Of a stretch of DNA of 64,000 nucleotides, positions 1 through 9,757 are shown piece by piece (positions within the stretch are counted from its first letter, which is position 1; each line of letters starts with the position of its first letter). The stretch is from Bacilli bacterium (GTDB taxonomy: Bacteria > Bacillota_I > Bacilli_A > RFN20 > CAG-288), in contig JALCRV010000001.1 of the NCBI GenBank assembly GCA_022652945.1, forward strand, positions 131,384-195,383, written 5' to 3'. Position numbers and translations under genes: made by a program. The notes below the pieces were generated by a model. That model searched no databases. It was not told where the DNA came from and saw only the letters and a list, made by a program, of their open reading frames with translations.

Positions 1-23
1 TCCCTGCAGAATTTGTTTCCTAT

Positions 24-989
24 ATGAAGAATTCACTTTCTTCGATGACAGAAGATGTCAGAAAAGCTGTCGAAGAAGGAAAAGAAGAAGGAAGCTGGGA
101 AGAAGTCTTCGGAGCTTGCGCCGAAGAAATATTCTCCGCCTTTTATATCGCCTCTTATGTAGAAAAGCTCGCTAAAGCCGGTAAAGAAATCTATCCTTTG
201 CCCTTCAGTGTCAATTGCTGGCTGGATAAAGGAGCGAAAGCGGGAATCTATCCTAGCGGTGGCCCGGTCAGCCGCATGATGGAAGTCTGGAAATATGTCG
301 CGAAAGATGTCGATGTGGTCTCCCCTGATATTTACGTTCAAAATTTCTGTCAGATCTGCGAGGAATATCAGAAGCTTAATAATCCTTTGATGATTCCGGA
401 AACGGCGATTCATTCCTACGCCGCCCTCCGCTTGGTTTATACCATCGGCCATTATCACGCCTGGTGTTATTCTCCGTTCGGATTTGAGGATATGGGCAAG
501 CCTTTTAATGCTTTCCAAGGCTTCCTTTTCGGAATGGATACTTCCGATCCCTTATTGAAGACTCCTCAGAACCCTCTTGAATACGCCTATTATGCTAAGG
601 CTATCGATTCGATGAAGGACTTATTGGCTTCGAAGTATTCGACCTCATCTTTACAAGCAATTAGCAGCGAAGAAAAAGGGAAGGATACGTTGTTGTTCTC
701 TTCTTTCGGCTTCAAGGTAATCATGAATGTTCAACTCTTTAGCAGAAAAGATGGCGTCTGTCTGATCGTTGAAAAAGAGAAAAATGAATTCTTCATTCTC
801 GGTCATACAGCGATGATCGTTCCTTTCTCAACAGATAAAGAGAAACCTAATATCGATATTTTGGAATTAGAGGACGGAAAATTTGTCGATGGCCAATGGC
901 AAAAAGATCGTAGGCTGAACGGTGATGAAGCCTCGATTACCCTAAACGAGCCTTCCTTAATCCGTATCAAACTGTTCAGTTATAAATAG
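24..989 (+). CDS. hypothetical protein, possibly the 3' part of a larger gene that begins upstream of the window (reading frame stays open to position 3)
   Basis: Long ORF with coding-like composition and no in-frame stop between position 3 and the ATG at 24. I see no recognisable catalytic motif. The guess that it is associated with a glycoside-hydrolase C-terminal region is weak. Confidence 0.4.
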   Translation: MKNSLSSMTEDVRKAVEEGKEEGSWEEVFGACAEEIFSAFYIASYVEKLAKAGKEIYPLPFSVNCWLDKGAKAGIYPSGGPVSRMMEVWKYVAKDVDVVSPDIYVQNFCQICEEYQKLNNPLMIPETAIHSYAALRLVYTIGHYHAWCYSPFGFEDMGKPFNAFQGFLFGMDTSDPLLKTPQNPLEYAYYAKAIDSMKDLLASKYSTSSLQAISSEEKGKDTLLFSSFGFKVIMNVQLFSRKDGVCLIVEKEKNEFFILGHTAMIVPFSTDKEKPNIDILELEDGKFVDGQWQKDRRLNGDEASITLNEPSLIRIKLFSYK

Positions 990-1154
990 ATCTCTTGAAG
1001 TAATTAAAAAGCAGTTGGTTTTTGCTGCTAAATCTTTAAAATACTTAAATCCAGGGGCTTTAGCTTCCCTGAATTTGTCTTTATATGCCCAATTGCGTTA
1101 AAATGCTAAAAGGAGCAATAAAAGCCTCATATATAAAGATTTGATATTCTCATA

Positions 1155-2306
1155 ATGAACGAAATACCTAGCTGGCTATGTCTTGATGTCTGCTCTCTGC
1201 TGTTGCTGCTTTTTGTCTTGATTTCTTCCTATAAAAACACCGAATCAAAAAGCAAGGATAGCATCCTCTTTAGAGTTCTTTGTTATACCTTCATCATCTT
1301 CGTAATATCCGATGCCATATCTAGCATTAAACCGGATGCAGACTGGAAAATCGTCTTAATTAAAATCTTTATATATGTAAATTTCGGTATCTCTCCGATT
1401 GTCGAAATCGCCTGGCATTGTTTCGCTTCCATTGAGATTTATCCTCATAAGAAAAGTAAAACCGAGGCCTTTTTATATGTGGATATCGCTTTAGGAGGAA
1501 TCGATTTAATCCTTCTTTTGCTCACTCCCTTCTTCAACCTGCTTTTCCAGTTTGACGCTAACGGAAACTATTCGCGTGGCTTCTTGTTCCCGCTGCATTT
1601 TGCTGTTCTTTTCTTGATGATTGCCACTACCACCTTAATGACTTTTGTCTTCCGCAAAGAAACCGAGAAAGGGAAGATCACTTCTTTGCTTTTGTTCCCG
1701 GTGATCCCGGCCTTTGGTATTTTGCTTCAATACCTGACTAAAGGCTTACCGACCGCTTCCTTTTCTATCGCCCTTTCAATCTTGATTGTTTTCATTAACA
1801 TCCTTTTCCGTTCCATCGATGTGGATTATTTAACTGGGGCCTACAATCGAAGAAAACTAGAAAAAATCCTGCAGCAGAAGATCCATAGTTCCAATGATTC
1901 CCATTCCTTTTCCGCCATTCTTATTGATTTAAATGACTTTAAGAACATCAATGATACATATGGACATAATATCGGGGATCAAGCCTTGGAAGATACAGCG
2001 GGAATCCTTGTTTCCTGCTGTTCACCGGCCACCGGTTTAGTAGCTAGATACGGTGGAGATGAGTTCTGCCTCGTCTCAGATATCTATAAGGAAGAAGACC
2101 TGAAGGAATTTGTCAATAAGATTCAAAAAGCCTTAAAAGACTTCAACGATTCAGGAAAAAGACCTTATAAGATCAGCTTCGCCATGGGGTATGCTATCTA
2201 TCAAGCGGAAAGTAAGATGTCCGTAGCGGACTTCCAAAAAGTAATCGATGAAAATATGTATAAAACTAAACGTTTTCATCACACAGAGGAAATAACTCAT
2301 TTATAA
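1155..2306 (+). CDS. membrane-anchored GGDEF-domain diguanylate cyclase
   Basis: The N-terminal ~200 aa are multi-pass hydrophobic. The C-terminal part has a GGDEF domain with an intact RYGGDEFCLV active-site motif and the upstream 'DLNDFKNINDTYGH' motif typical of diguanylate cyclases. Confidence 0.85.
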   Translation: MNEIPSWLCLDVCSLLLLLFVLISSYKNTESKSKDSILFRVLCYTFIIFVISDAISSIKPDADWKIVLIKIFIYVNFGISPIVEIAWHCFASIEIYPHKKSKTEAFLYVDIALGGIDLILLLLTPFFNLLFQFDANGNYSRGFLFPLHFAVLFLMIATTTLMTFVFRKETEKGKITSLLLFPVIPAFGILLQYLTKGLPTASFSIALSILIVFINILFRSIDVDYLTGAYNRRKLEKILQQKIHSSNDSHSFSAILIDLNDFKNINDTYGHNIGDQALEDTAGILVSCCSPATGLVARYGGDEFCLVSDIYKEEDLKEFVNKIQKALKDFNDSGKRPYKISFAMGYAIYQAESKMSVADFQKVIDENMYKTKRFHHTEEITHL

Positions 2307-2406
2307 TATAGATACGTAAATTTATTTATGGAGGAATTATGGATCAGCTTTTAATCGAATTGGAAAGCCAAGGAAACGATGTCAAAGGCGCTTTTTAGAG
2401 CGCTTC

Positions 2407-2694
2407 ATGGGAAATGAAGCCTTATATGTTAAATTCTTAAAGAAATTCCCGATGGATGCTTCCTTCCCTCTGATCAAACCCGCTTTTGATAAAGGAGATT
2501 TAGAAGCCGCCTTCGAAGCTGCTCACACCGTTAAAGGAGTCTCGGGCAATCTAGGTTTAACTAGACTATATAAAGCCACTTCGAATACCGTCGCTCTTCT
2601 TCGTGCCCAGGAAAAGGATAAAGCGGTGGAATCTTATCAGGAAATCGCTGATTCCTACGCTGAAGCGGTAAAGACGATCGAAAAGTATCTTTAA
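2407..2694 (+). CDS. Hpt (histidine phosphotransfer) domain protein, apparently 5'-truncated/frameshifted (see findings)
   Basis: Contains the HTVKGVSGNLGL motif with the phospho-accepting His of Hpt domains. The true start is probably at 2339, which has a strong GGAGG RBS but lies in another frame. Confidence 0.7.
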   Translation: MGNEALYVKFLKKFPMDASFPLIKPAFDKGDLEAAFEAAHTVKGVSGNLGLTRLYKATSNTVALLRAQEKDKAVESYQEIADSYAEAVKTIEKYL

Positions 2695-2722
2695 TTAGAG
2701 CTTATTATCATTTAACGATTTA

Positions 2723-2753
2723 AAGAGCGGGATTAAAATATTCCGCTCTTTTT
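2723..2753 (+). terminator. rho-independent terminator downstream of the Hpt gene
   Basis: Inverted repeat agagcgg ... ccgctct followed by TTTTT. Confidence 0.6.
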
Positions 2754-2911
2754 ATGTGAAAATCCTTATCGCTTTTTTGTTTCCTAGTGATCAGAAGGAA
2801 ATTTTTACTGAAAAACCGGTTAAAAACGCTTACCCGGTGATGCAACATTGTTTTATTTCTTATATAATAAGAATGTCCGCAAAGGCGGAACAAAAAAGGA
2901 GATTTTTGTAA

Positions 2912-4213
<1,302 letters not shown>

Positions 4214-4230
4214 TAAAGACTTAACAAATC

Positions 4231-4258
4231 CGGGGGAAGAGATTCTCCCGGGTTTTTC
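4231..4258 (+). terminator. rho-independent terminator after eno
   Basis: 8-bp stem CGGGGGAA/TTCTCCCG with a GAGA loop, followed by GGTTTTTCTT. Confidence 0.6.
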
Positions 4259-4364
4259 TTTGCCTTTTTTCCGCCCCTTTGATCTTCATGGAAGATTTAT
4301 ACGATAAAGAAAGGGCGGACATTGGTAAAACAGATATAATAAAGCCATAAAGAGGTGGCACCTT

Positions 4365-5594
4365 ATGGCAGGCATGAAAGCCGTTAAAGAAATCTTCGTT
4401 TACGGACCGGGACCGTCTTCTTCACATACGATCGGGCCATATAACATCGCCAAAGATTTCAGAGAATATCTGGAAAATAAAGAGGTCAGAGAAATAAAGG
4501 CTACGCTTTTTCAATCTCTGGCTTTTACCGGAAGAGGGCATTTGACTGATCAGATAATTAAAAAGGCCTTGGAGCCATATAAGGTTGAAGTCATCTTCGA
4601 TACTAAAACAAAAACCAATCACCCTAACACTTTAGCCTTAGAGGCCTTCTTGCAAGATGGGACAAGTATCTTAAAAAGATATGTCTCTTACGGTGGAGGA
4701 GTCTTCGGTTTAGAAGGGGAGAAAGTCAAAAGCGATGACATCTATCCTTTTTCCACTTTCGATGAACTGATAAACGAAATGGCCAAGGCTCAGACCGATG
4801 ATGTCTTTGATATCCTAACTAAATACGAAGGAAAGGATTTAAAGGAATTCGGACTCGATCGCCTAGAGAAGATGTTTAATGTCATCGAGAAAGGCTTAAG
4901 CGCTTCTTCGATCCTTCCTGGTAACTTGAAATTAAAAAGGGTGGCCGGGGAATTGAATAAAAGAGCGGAGCAAATTGAGGACGACTTTGCGAAAAGAACC
5001 TTGCTATTATCCTCCTTCGCTTATTCAACTGCGGAAGAAAATGCCTCCGGAGACTTTATCGTCACCGCTCCGACTTGTGGCTCGGCGGGAGTCGTCCCCG
5101 CTGTCTTATATTACGAATATAAGGTCAATAATCAGCCCTTAGAGAAACTAGCTCCGGCCTTAATTGTCGGCGGGATGGTCGGGGATTTTATCAAGGCGAA
5201 CGCTTCGATCAGCGGAGCGGTTTCCGGTTGCCAAGCGGAAATCGGTTCTGCGACTTCGATGGCGACCGCCTCCTTATGTTATCTTTATAATCTCTCACTT
5301 CATCAGATTGAATACGGAGCGGAAGTAGCGATGGAGCATTTCCTCGGTCTGACCTGCGATCCGGTAGAAGGTTATGTCCAGATTCCTTGTATCGAACGTA
5401 ATGCGATGGCTGCCATCCACGCTTACACCGCCTTCTTATACGCCAAAGAAATCTCCAAGATGCGCAAAAACGAAGTATCTTTCGATAATGTCGTTAAAGC
5501 GATGAAGGTCACCGGAGATTCCCTGAACTATCAATATAAAGAGACTTCCTTAGGTGGGCTTGCTGAAGTAGTAAAAGGTCCGAAGAAAGATTGA
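4365..5594 (+). CDS. sdaA: L-serine dehydratase, iron-sulfur dependent, single-chain (beta-alpha fused)
   Basis: GPSSSHT motif near the N-terminus. TAPTCGSAGVVPAVL, NASISGAVSGCQAEIGSA and LGLTCDPVEGYVQIPCIERNA match the E. coli SdaA Cys-ligand regions. Confidence 0.93.
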   Translation: MAGMKAVKEIFVYGPGPSSSHTIGPYNIAKDFREYLENKEVREIKATLFQSLAFTGRGHLTDQIIKKALEPYKVEVIFDTKTKTNHPNTLALEAFLQDGTSILKRYVSYGGGVFGLEGEKVKSDDIYPFSTFDELINEMAKAQTDDVFDILTKYEGKDLKEFGLDRLEKMFNVIEKGLSASSILPGNLKLKRVAGELNKRAEQIEDDFAKRTLLLSSFAYSTAEENASGDFIVTAPTCGSAGVVPAVLYYEYKVNNQPLEKLAPALIVGGMVGDFIKANASISGAVSGCQAEIGSATSMATASLCYLYNLSLHQIEYGAEVAMEHFLGLTCDPVEGYVQIPCIERNAMAAIHAYTAFLYAKEISKMRKNEVSFDNVVKAMKVTGDSLNYQYKETSLGGLAEVVKGPKKD

Positions 5595-5602
5595 TAAAAG
5601 AC

Positions 5603-5646
5603 ATAAAAAATGCGCTGGCAGTTAATCTACCCAGCGCATCTTTTTA
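5603..5646. terminator. bidirectional terminator between sdaA (+) and adhE (-)
   Basis: Hairpin atgcgctgg ... ccagcgcat flanked by an A-run 5' and a T-run 3'. Confidence 0.6.
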
Positions 5647-5654
5647 AGTCTTCT

Positions 5655-8303
5655 TTAGTTGCCTTTATAAGCCTTACGCATAATCTCTTCCATCTCGCTG
5701 ACTAGAGGCACTCTAGGGTTAGCCGGCGTGCATTGATCCTCGTAAGCCAGATAAGCGATCTTTTCGATATTGCTCTCCCAGACCTTTTCATCGGGGACCA
5801 GGGAAGCGAAATTCATATCGATTCCGATTTCTTTGCCAAGGGAAGTCACAGCGGCAGCTAAGACTTCGCCAGCCTCGGAAGCCTTCTCAGCTTTCAAGCC
5901 AAGCGTATGGCAGATATCCAGATACTTCTGGTCGCATTGATATTCCTCATATTTCGGCCAGACGGATAATTTGGTCGGAGTAGTCCCGTTATAGCGGATT
6001 ACGTGCGGCAGAAGAATAGCGCAGGTTCTACCGTGGACCAGATGATATTCACCGCCGATCTTATGAGCTAAGGAGTGGACTAAGCCTAAGAAGGCGTTGG
6101 CGAAAGCCATACCGGCAATCGTCGCTGCATTATGCATTTTCTCTCTGGCTTCCAGATCGTTTTTACCGTCTTTAACCGCGCGCGGCAGATACTTGAAGAC
6201 CAGCTTAATCGCTTCTAAGGCTAAACCATCGGTATAATCGGAAGCCATAACTGAAGTGTAAGCTTCGATGGCGTGGGTTAAGACATCCATGCCTGTTTCA
6301 GCGGTGGCCTTAGGAGGCAGATTGGTCGTGAATTCGGCATCGACAATCGCGATTGAAGGAGTTAGAGAATAATCTGTTAACGGATACTTTTTACCGCTGG
6401 CTTTATCGGAGATAACAGCAAACGGTGAGACTTCACTTCCGGTTCCGGAAGTAGTCGGGATGCAAATCAATTTGCTCTTACGCCCAAGTTCCGGATATTT
6501 GAAAGCGCGCTTTCTGATATCCATGAATTTCTGTTTCAGATCATCGAAGTTAACTTCCGGATGTTCGTAGAAGATCCACATGGCTTTAGCGGCATCCATC
6601 GAAGAACCGCCACCCAGAGCGATAATCGTATCCGGATGGAATTGATTCATAATCTCTAAGCCTTTGCGGACGGTAGAAATATCCGGATCCGGTTCGACTT
6701 CCGCAAAGAGCTGGTAAGTAACCGGATTTCTTCTTTCGTTCAGTTCATCGATAATCTTATTTAAGAAACCCAGTTCGACCATCGAGTGATCGGTGACGAT
6801 GAAGACTTTGCCGACATCTTTGCAGGAACGAAGATATTGGATGGAATTTCTTTCGAAATATATTTTCTGAGGTACTTTAAACCACTGCATTGTATTTCTC
6901 CTCTTTCCGATTTTCTTGATGTTTAAAAGATTGATGGCGCTGACATTGCCTCCGACTGAGTTATGGCCATAAGAGCCGCAGCCGAGAGTCAAAGAAGGCA
7001 GGAAGGAATTGTAGACATTCCCGATGCCGCCGAAGGTCGAAGGAGAATTCCAGATAATACGAAGCGCCTTAACCTTGTCTCCGAAAGCATCCGCCATCTT
7101 CTGCTCTTTGCAGTGGATGGCCGCGGAATGGCCAAGCCCGCCAAATTCCAGCATCTTCTCCGCTAAATCGAAGCCTTCTTCAGAGCCTTTGACTTTATAG
7201 AAGCCGAGCACCGGAGAAAGTTTTTCTCTAGATAATGGCTCTTCCGGTCCGACTTTAGTTAACTCCACGCCGATGATTGAAGTGCCCTCAGGGACTTTGA
7301 AGCCGGATTTTTCCGCAATCCAGGAAGCGGACATACCAGCGACATCCGGATTTAATTTTCCGTTTTCGACCCCGGGTTTACCGCTCTCAACCCCGAACAT
7401 GAACTTTTCGAGGAGATGCTTTTCTTGCTCGGAAGCAAAATAAGTACGGAAGCGAATGAACTTATCCTTCATCGTTTTATAAATAGACTCATCGATAAAG
7501 ACCGCCGACTCGCTGGCGCAAATCATCCCATTATCGAAATTCTTGCTCAAGATTACATCATTAACAGTTTCATCCTGATCGCAGGATTCATTGATGTAGC
7601 AGGGAACATTGCCCGCTCCGACACCTAAAGCCGGTTTACCGCAGCTATAAGCCGCCTTCACCATCGAGTTGCCGCCGGTAGCTAAGATAGTTGAAACACC
7701 AGGGTGATTCATCAAAGCCGAGGTAGCTTCCAAGGAAGGATTCTCGACCCACTGAATACAATTTTCCGGAGCTCCCGCCTGAATCGCCGCCTCGCGCATA
7801 ATGATGGCGGCGGCTTTCGAGGATTGCTGAGCTTTCGGATGGAAGGAGAAAATAATCGGATTTCTGGTCTTCATGCAGATTAAGGATTTAAAGATAACTG
7901 TGGAAGTCGGGTTAGTGACCGGAGTGATTCCGCAGACAACGCCGACCGGCTCAGCGATTTCCGTAATCCCAGTTACCGGGTCTTCGCTGATAATGCCGAC
8001 CGTCTTCGTGTGGCGCATATTGTTAACCACATATTCGCAGGCGAAGAGATTCTTCGTCGCCTTGTCTTCAAAAACACCTCTTTTAGTCTCATCCAAGGCT
8101 AAACGGGCTAAATCACCGTGATGATCAAGACCTGCAACGGACATCTTGGCAACGATATAGTCGATCTTTTCCTGATCGAAGGAAGCAAAATCATCTAAGG
8201 CCTTTAAGCCTTTTTTAACTAACGCATCAACTTCAGACTGAGCAGGGGAGACTTCTTTCTTCTCAACTACAGACTCGGAGGCTTTTTCTTTTTTGTCCAC
8301 CAT
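5655..8303 (-). CDS. adhE: bifunctional acetaldehyde-CoA / alcohol dehydrogenase
   Basis: 882 aa. N-terminal aldehyde dehydrogenase domain plus C-terminal iron-containing alcohol dehydrogenase domain, the typical AdhE architecture. Confidence 0.95.
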   Translation of the reverse strand: MVDKKEKASESVVEKKEVSPAQSEVDALVKKGLKALDDFASFDQEKIDYIVAKMSVAGLDHHGDLARLALDETKRGVFEDKATKNLFACEYVVNNMRHTKTVGIISEDPVTGITEIAEPVGVVCGITPVTNPTSTVIFKSLICMKTRNPIIFSFHPKAQQSSKAAAIIMREAAIQAGAPENCIQWVENPSLEATSALMNHPGVSTILATGGNSMVKAAYSCGKPALGVGAGNVPCYINESCDQDETVNDVILSKNFDNGMICASESAVFIDESIYKTMKDKFIRFRTYFASEQEKHLLEKFMFGVESGKPGVENGKLNPDVAGMSASWIAEKSGFKVPEGTSIIGVELTKVGPEEPLSREKLSPVLGFYKVKGSEEGFDLAEKMLEFGGLGHSAAIHCKEQKMADAFGDKVKALRIIWNSPSTFGGIGNVYNSFLPSLTLGCGSYGHNSVGGNVSAINLLNIKKIGKRRNTMQWFKVPQKIYFERNSIQYLRSCKDVGKVFIVTDHSMVELGFLNKIIDELNERRNPVTYQLFAEVEPDPDISTVRKGLEIMNQFHPDTIIALGGGSSMDAAKAMWIFYEHPEVNFDDLKQKFMDIRKRAFKYPELGRKSKLICIPTTSGTGSEVSPFAVISDKASGKKYPLTDYSLTPSIAIVDAEFTTNLPPKATAETGMDVLTHAIEAYTSVMASDYTDGLALEAIKLVFKYLPRAVKDGKNDLEAREKMHNAATIAGMAFANAFLGLVHSLAHKIGGEYHLVHGRTCAILLPHVIRYNGTTPTKLSVWPKYEEYQCDQKYLDICHTLGLKAEKASEAGEVLAAAVTSLGKEIGIDMNFASLVPDEKVWESNIEKIAYLAYEDQCTPANPRVPLVSEMEEIMRKAYKGN

Positions 8304-8308
8304 AATAT

Positions 8309-8947
8309 TTATTCTCCTTTTGATGACTCAAAGTTAAGACGATGAGAGAGGACGGCTAACGAAGAGGCTAAGTTCACATTCTCCACAACGATGCCTTCTG
8401 GAACGCTGATATGCGTCGGAGCGAAGTTCCAGATAGCCAGCGCTCCGCTCTTCAAGGCCAAATCGACAATCTCCTGAGCCGAGAACGAGGGAACCGCGAC
8501 AATGACGATCGTCGCTTTATATTCTTTTATCGTTTCCGCTAATTTATCTAAAGGAAGGATCTCTTTTCCGCCGATCTGCTTTCCGACCTTTTGAGGATCG
8601 GTATCAAAGCCGGCGACGATCGATAAGCCCATGTCTTCGAAATAAGGATAATTCAACAGGGCTCCACCTAGATGACCGGCTCCGATTAAGACCGCAGCTG
8701 TCTTTTGACGATAACCCAGGAAAGTTTCCAGAGTTTCAATCAGCTGATGGATATTCCTTCCTTTTTTCGGTCTTCCAGCTTCATCGGAGACCGCCTGCAG
8801 ATCTTTTCGGACCTGTTCTTCTGAATAGCCAAGCTCTTTAGCTAGAGTCGGGGAAGAGACATTGATTTCGCCCTTTTCCTCTAAGACTTTCAAGAATTTA
8901 AGGTAAAACGGATAACGCTCGAGTTGGTTCTTACTGAATCTTTCCAT
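8309..8947 (-). CDS. rex: redox-sensing transcriptional repressor Rex
   Basis: N-terminal winged helix plus Rossmann GAGHLGGAL motif. Sits immediately upstream of adhE with a 5-nt gap. Start chosen at the internal ATG (8947) because it is preceded by an AAAGGAG RBS; the longer ORF extends to 9007. Confidence 0.85.
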   Translation of the reverse strand: MERFSKNQLERYPFYLKFLKVLEEKGEINVSSPTLAKELGYSEEQVRKDLQAVSDEAGRPKKGRNIHQLIETLETFLGYRQKTAAVLIGAGHLGGALLNYPYFEDMGLSIVAGFDTDPQKVGKQIGGKEILPLDKLAETIKEYKATIVIVAVPSFSAQEIVDLALKSGALAIWNFAPTHISVPEGIVVENVNLASSLAVLSHRLNFESSKGE

Positions 8948-9122
8948 AGGTTTCTCCTTTATCCTCTCGACAAGACTTACGTTAGCAAAGCGGGGAAGAG
9001 AATTCAAGGAAAGCGGTATTTATTTACCGATATATCGATTAATCAGTAATTATTTACCATAAATTAATAGTCCGCGCTAGAATATTAATAATTTTTTCCT
9101 GATATAAAATCTAAGTCAAATT

Positions 9123-9150
9123 AAAAAGCCCGCCGAAGCAGGCTGATTAC
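9123..9150 (-). terminator. rho-independent terminator after the GAF/fRMsr gene (minus strand)
   Basis: Minus strand reads AGCCTGCTTCGGCGGGCTTTTTAA: an imperfect hairpin plus T-run. Confidence 0.45.
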
Positions 9151-9166
9151 CTCATCAAGAAATCCC

Positions 9167-9652
9167 TTACTTATCGATGATCTTCATCAACAGATAACAT
9201 AGAGACTTCAAATACTCCACATCGGTCTTCGTAAAGACATCCTTCTGATCGGAATCGATATCCAAAACACCGAGCAAGGCAGACTTTTCAGAATATAAAG
9301 GCACCACAATCTCGCTTTGAGTGGAAGAGGAACAAGCGATATGGTAATTGATCTTCGTCACATCTTGAACAAACTGAGTCGTTAAACTCCTAGCCGCTTT
9401 CCCACAGACCCCCTTACTAAAAGGAATCAGATCGCAGCCCGGGCTTCCGACATAAGGGCCTAAATATAAAGTATCTTCCTCTGTCTTCTTCAGATAAAAT
9501 CCCACCCAGTCCATATAAGGAAAAGAAGATGCCAGCAAATTAACCAGATGCGAAAAGACCGTCAGCCTTTCCGGCTGATACTGACTAGTAACATACCCTT
9601 TAAGCATGCGAAGCAGATCTTCATAAAGGCGTTTCTTTTCTTCGTTTTCCAT
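9167..9652 (-). CDS. msrC: GAF-domain free methionine-(R)-sulfoxide reductase (fRMsr / YebR-like)
   Basis: WVGFYL...LGPYVGSPGC...GVCGKAA...EIVVPL...GVLDIDSD pattern closely matches E. coli YebR. Confidence 0.8.
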   Translation of the reverse strand: MENEEKKRLYEDLLRMLKGYVTSQYQPERLTVFSHLVNLLASSFPYMDWVGFYLKKTEEDTLYLGPYVGSPGCDLIPFSKGVCGKAARSLTTQFVQDVTKINYHIACSSSTQSEIVVPLYSEKSALLGVLDIDSDQKDVFTKTDVEYLKSLCYLLMKIIDK

Positions 9653-9757
9653 CTTTCATATTTTACCATGGCTAGCCTAAGTAGAGCCATAAGAAGAAAG
9701 ACTAAAAAGGCTGCAAAGGAGCAAACCCCTGCAGCCTCAGCTAAACTTAACTTAAGT

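Noticed and set aside
33-518. 161-aa minus-strand ORF overlapping the first + strand gene. Similar antisense ORFs occur at 19948..20475, 21429..21974, 24406..24819 and 25424..25780.
   Set aside because: Antisense shadows of well-supported genes (uvrB-adjacent peptidase, YitT, secA and others). They have no RBS or motif support.
9008-9166. Search for a Rex operator (TTGTGAA-N6-TTCACAA-like) upstream of rex-adhE.
   Set aside because: Only an unrelated 10-bp palindrome (CGATATATCG) is visible; no convincing Rex box. I cannot assert a regulatory site from sequence alone.
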